Source of the DNA: Glaucostegus cemiculus
Lineage: Eukaryota
DNA length: 64,000 bases
Direction: 5' to 3'
Assembly: GCA_976551045.1 (NCBI GenBank)
Contig: CDPCPM010000370.1
Span: 2,914,001-2,978,000 of the forward strand
Shown: piece after piece, positions 63,840 through 64,000 of the stretch
Layout of the letters: every line of letters starts with the position of its first letter
Numbering within the stretch: the stretch's first letter is position 1
Notes under the pieces: model-generated
Told to the model about the DNA's origin: nothing
The model's database searches: none
What the model saw: only the letters and a program-made list of their open reading frames with translations
Program-made: the position numbers and the translations under genes

Positions 63840-64000
63840 GATGTCTGGTTTCAGTCTTGATCAAATCTTTCAAGAATTTAACACCACTTGACCGATGTTG
63901 GAGAACGTGGTCGGATCGGTGGCACCTTCATGTTGTGTGTGACTGGGGCTGTTGCCCTGCTAAAGGATTGGTTCGCAAATCAGATATGAACAATAATCAA

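Overview
Vertebrate genomic DNA, most likely a cartilaginous fish (ray/skate/shark; inferred, not provable here). The whole window is a dense minus-strand array of T-cell-receptor alpha/delta-type V gene segments. Each complete segment has a leader exon, an ~85-bp intron, a V exon ending YLCAxxP and a 23-bp-spacer RSS. I count about 17 open V segments and about 38 V pseudogenes or fragments; no D, J or C exons are visible. The array is built like a higher-order repeat. An ~1.1-kb V monomer diverged into subtypes I label A, B, C/C', D, E and a relic F. A multi-monomer cassette (A-C-F-D-B-E, ~4.4-6.4 kb excluding insertions) was then duplicated about 10 times. Nearly every V has a same-orientation CTCF-like motif (TCACTAGAGGGCGC on the minus strand) 23-25 bp beyond its RSS nonamer. 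Nearly every V also has a conserved non-canonical Cys (P-E-C-P-x-R-F). Mobile elements: two solo LTRs inserted about 10 bp apart in paralogous cassettes, a 5'-truncated L1, a truncated Rex1/Babar-type LINE and a non-coding element sharing its 3' end. Coordinates were counted by hand; pseudogene boundaries are approximate.
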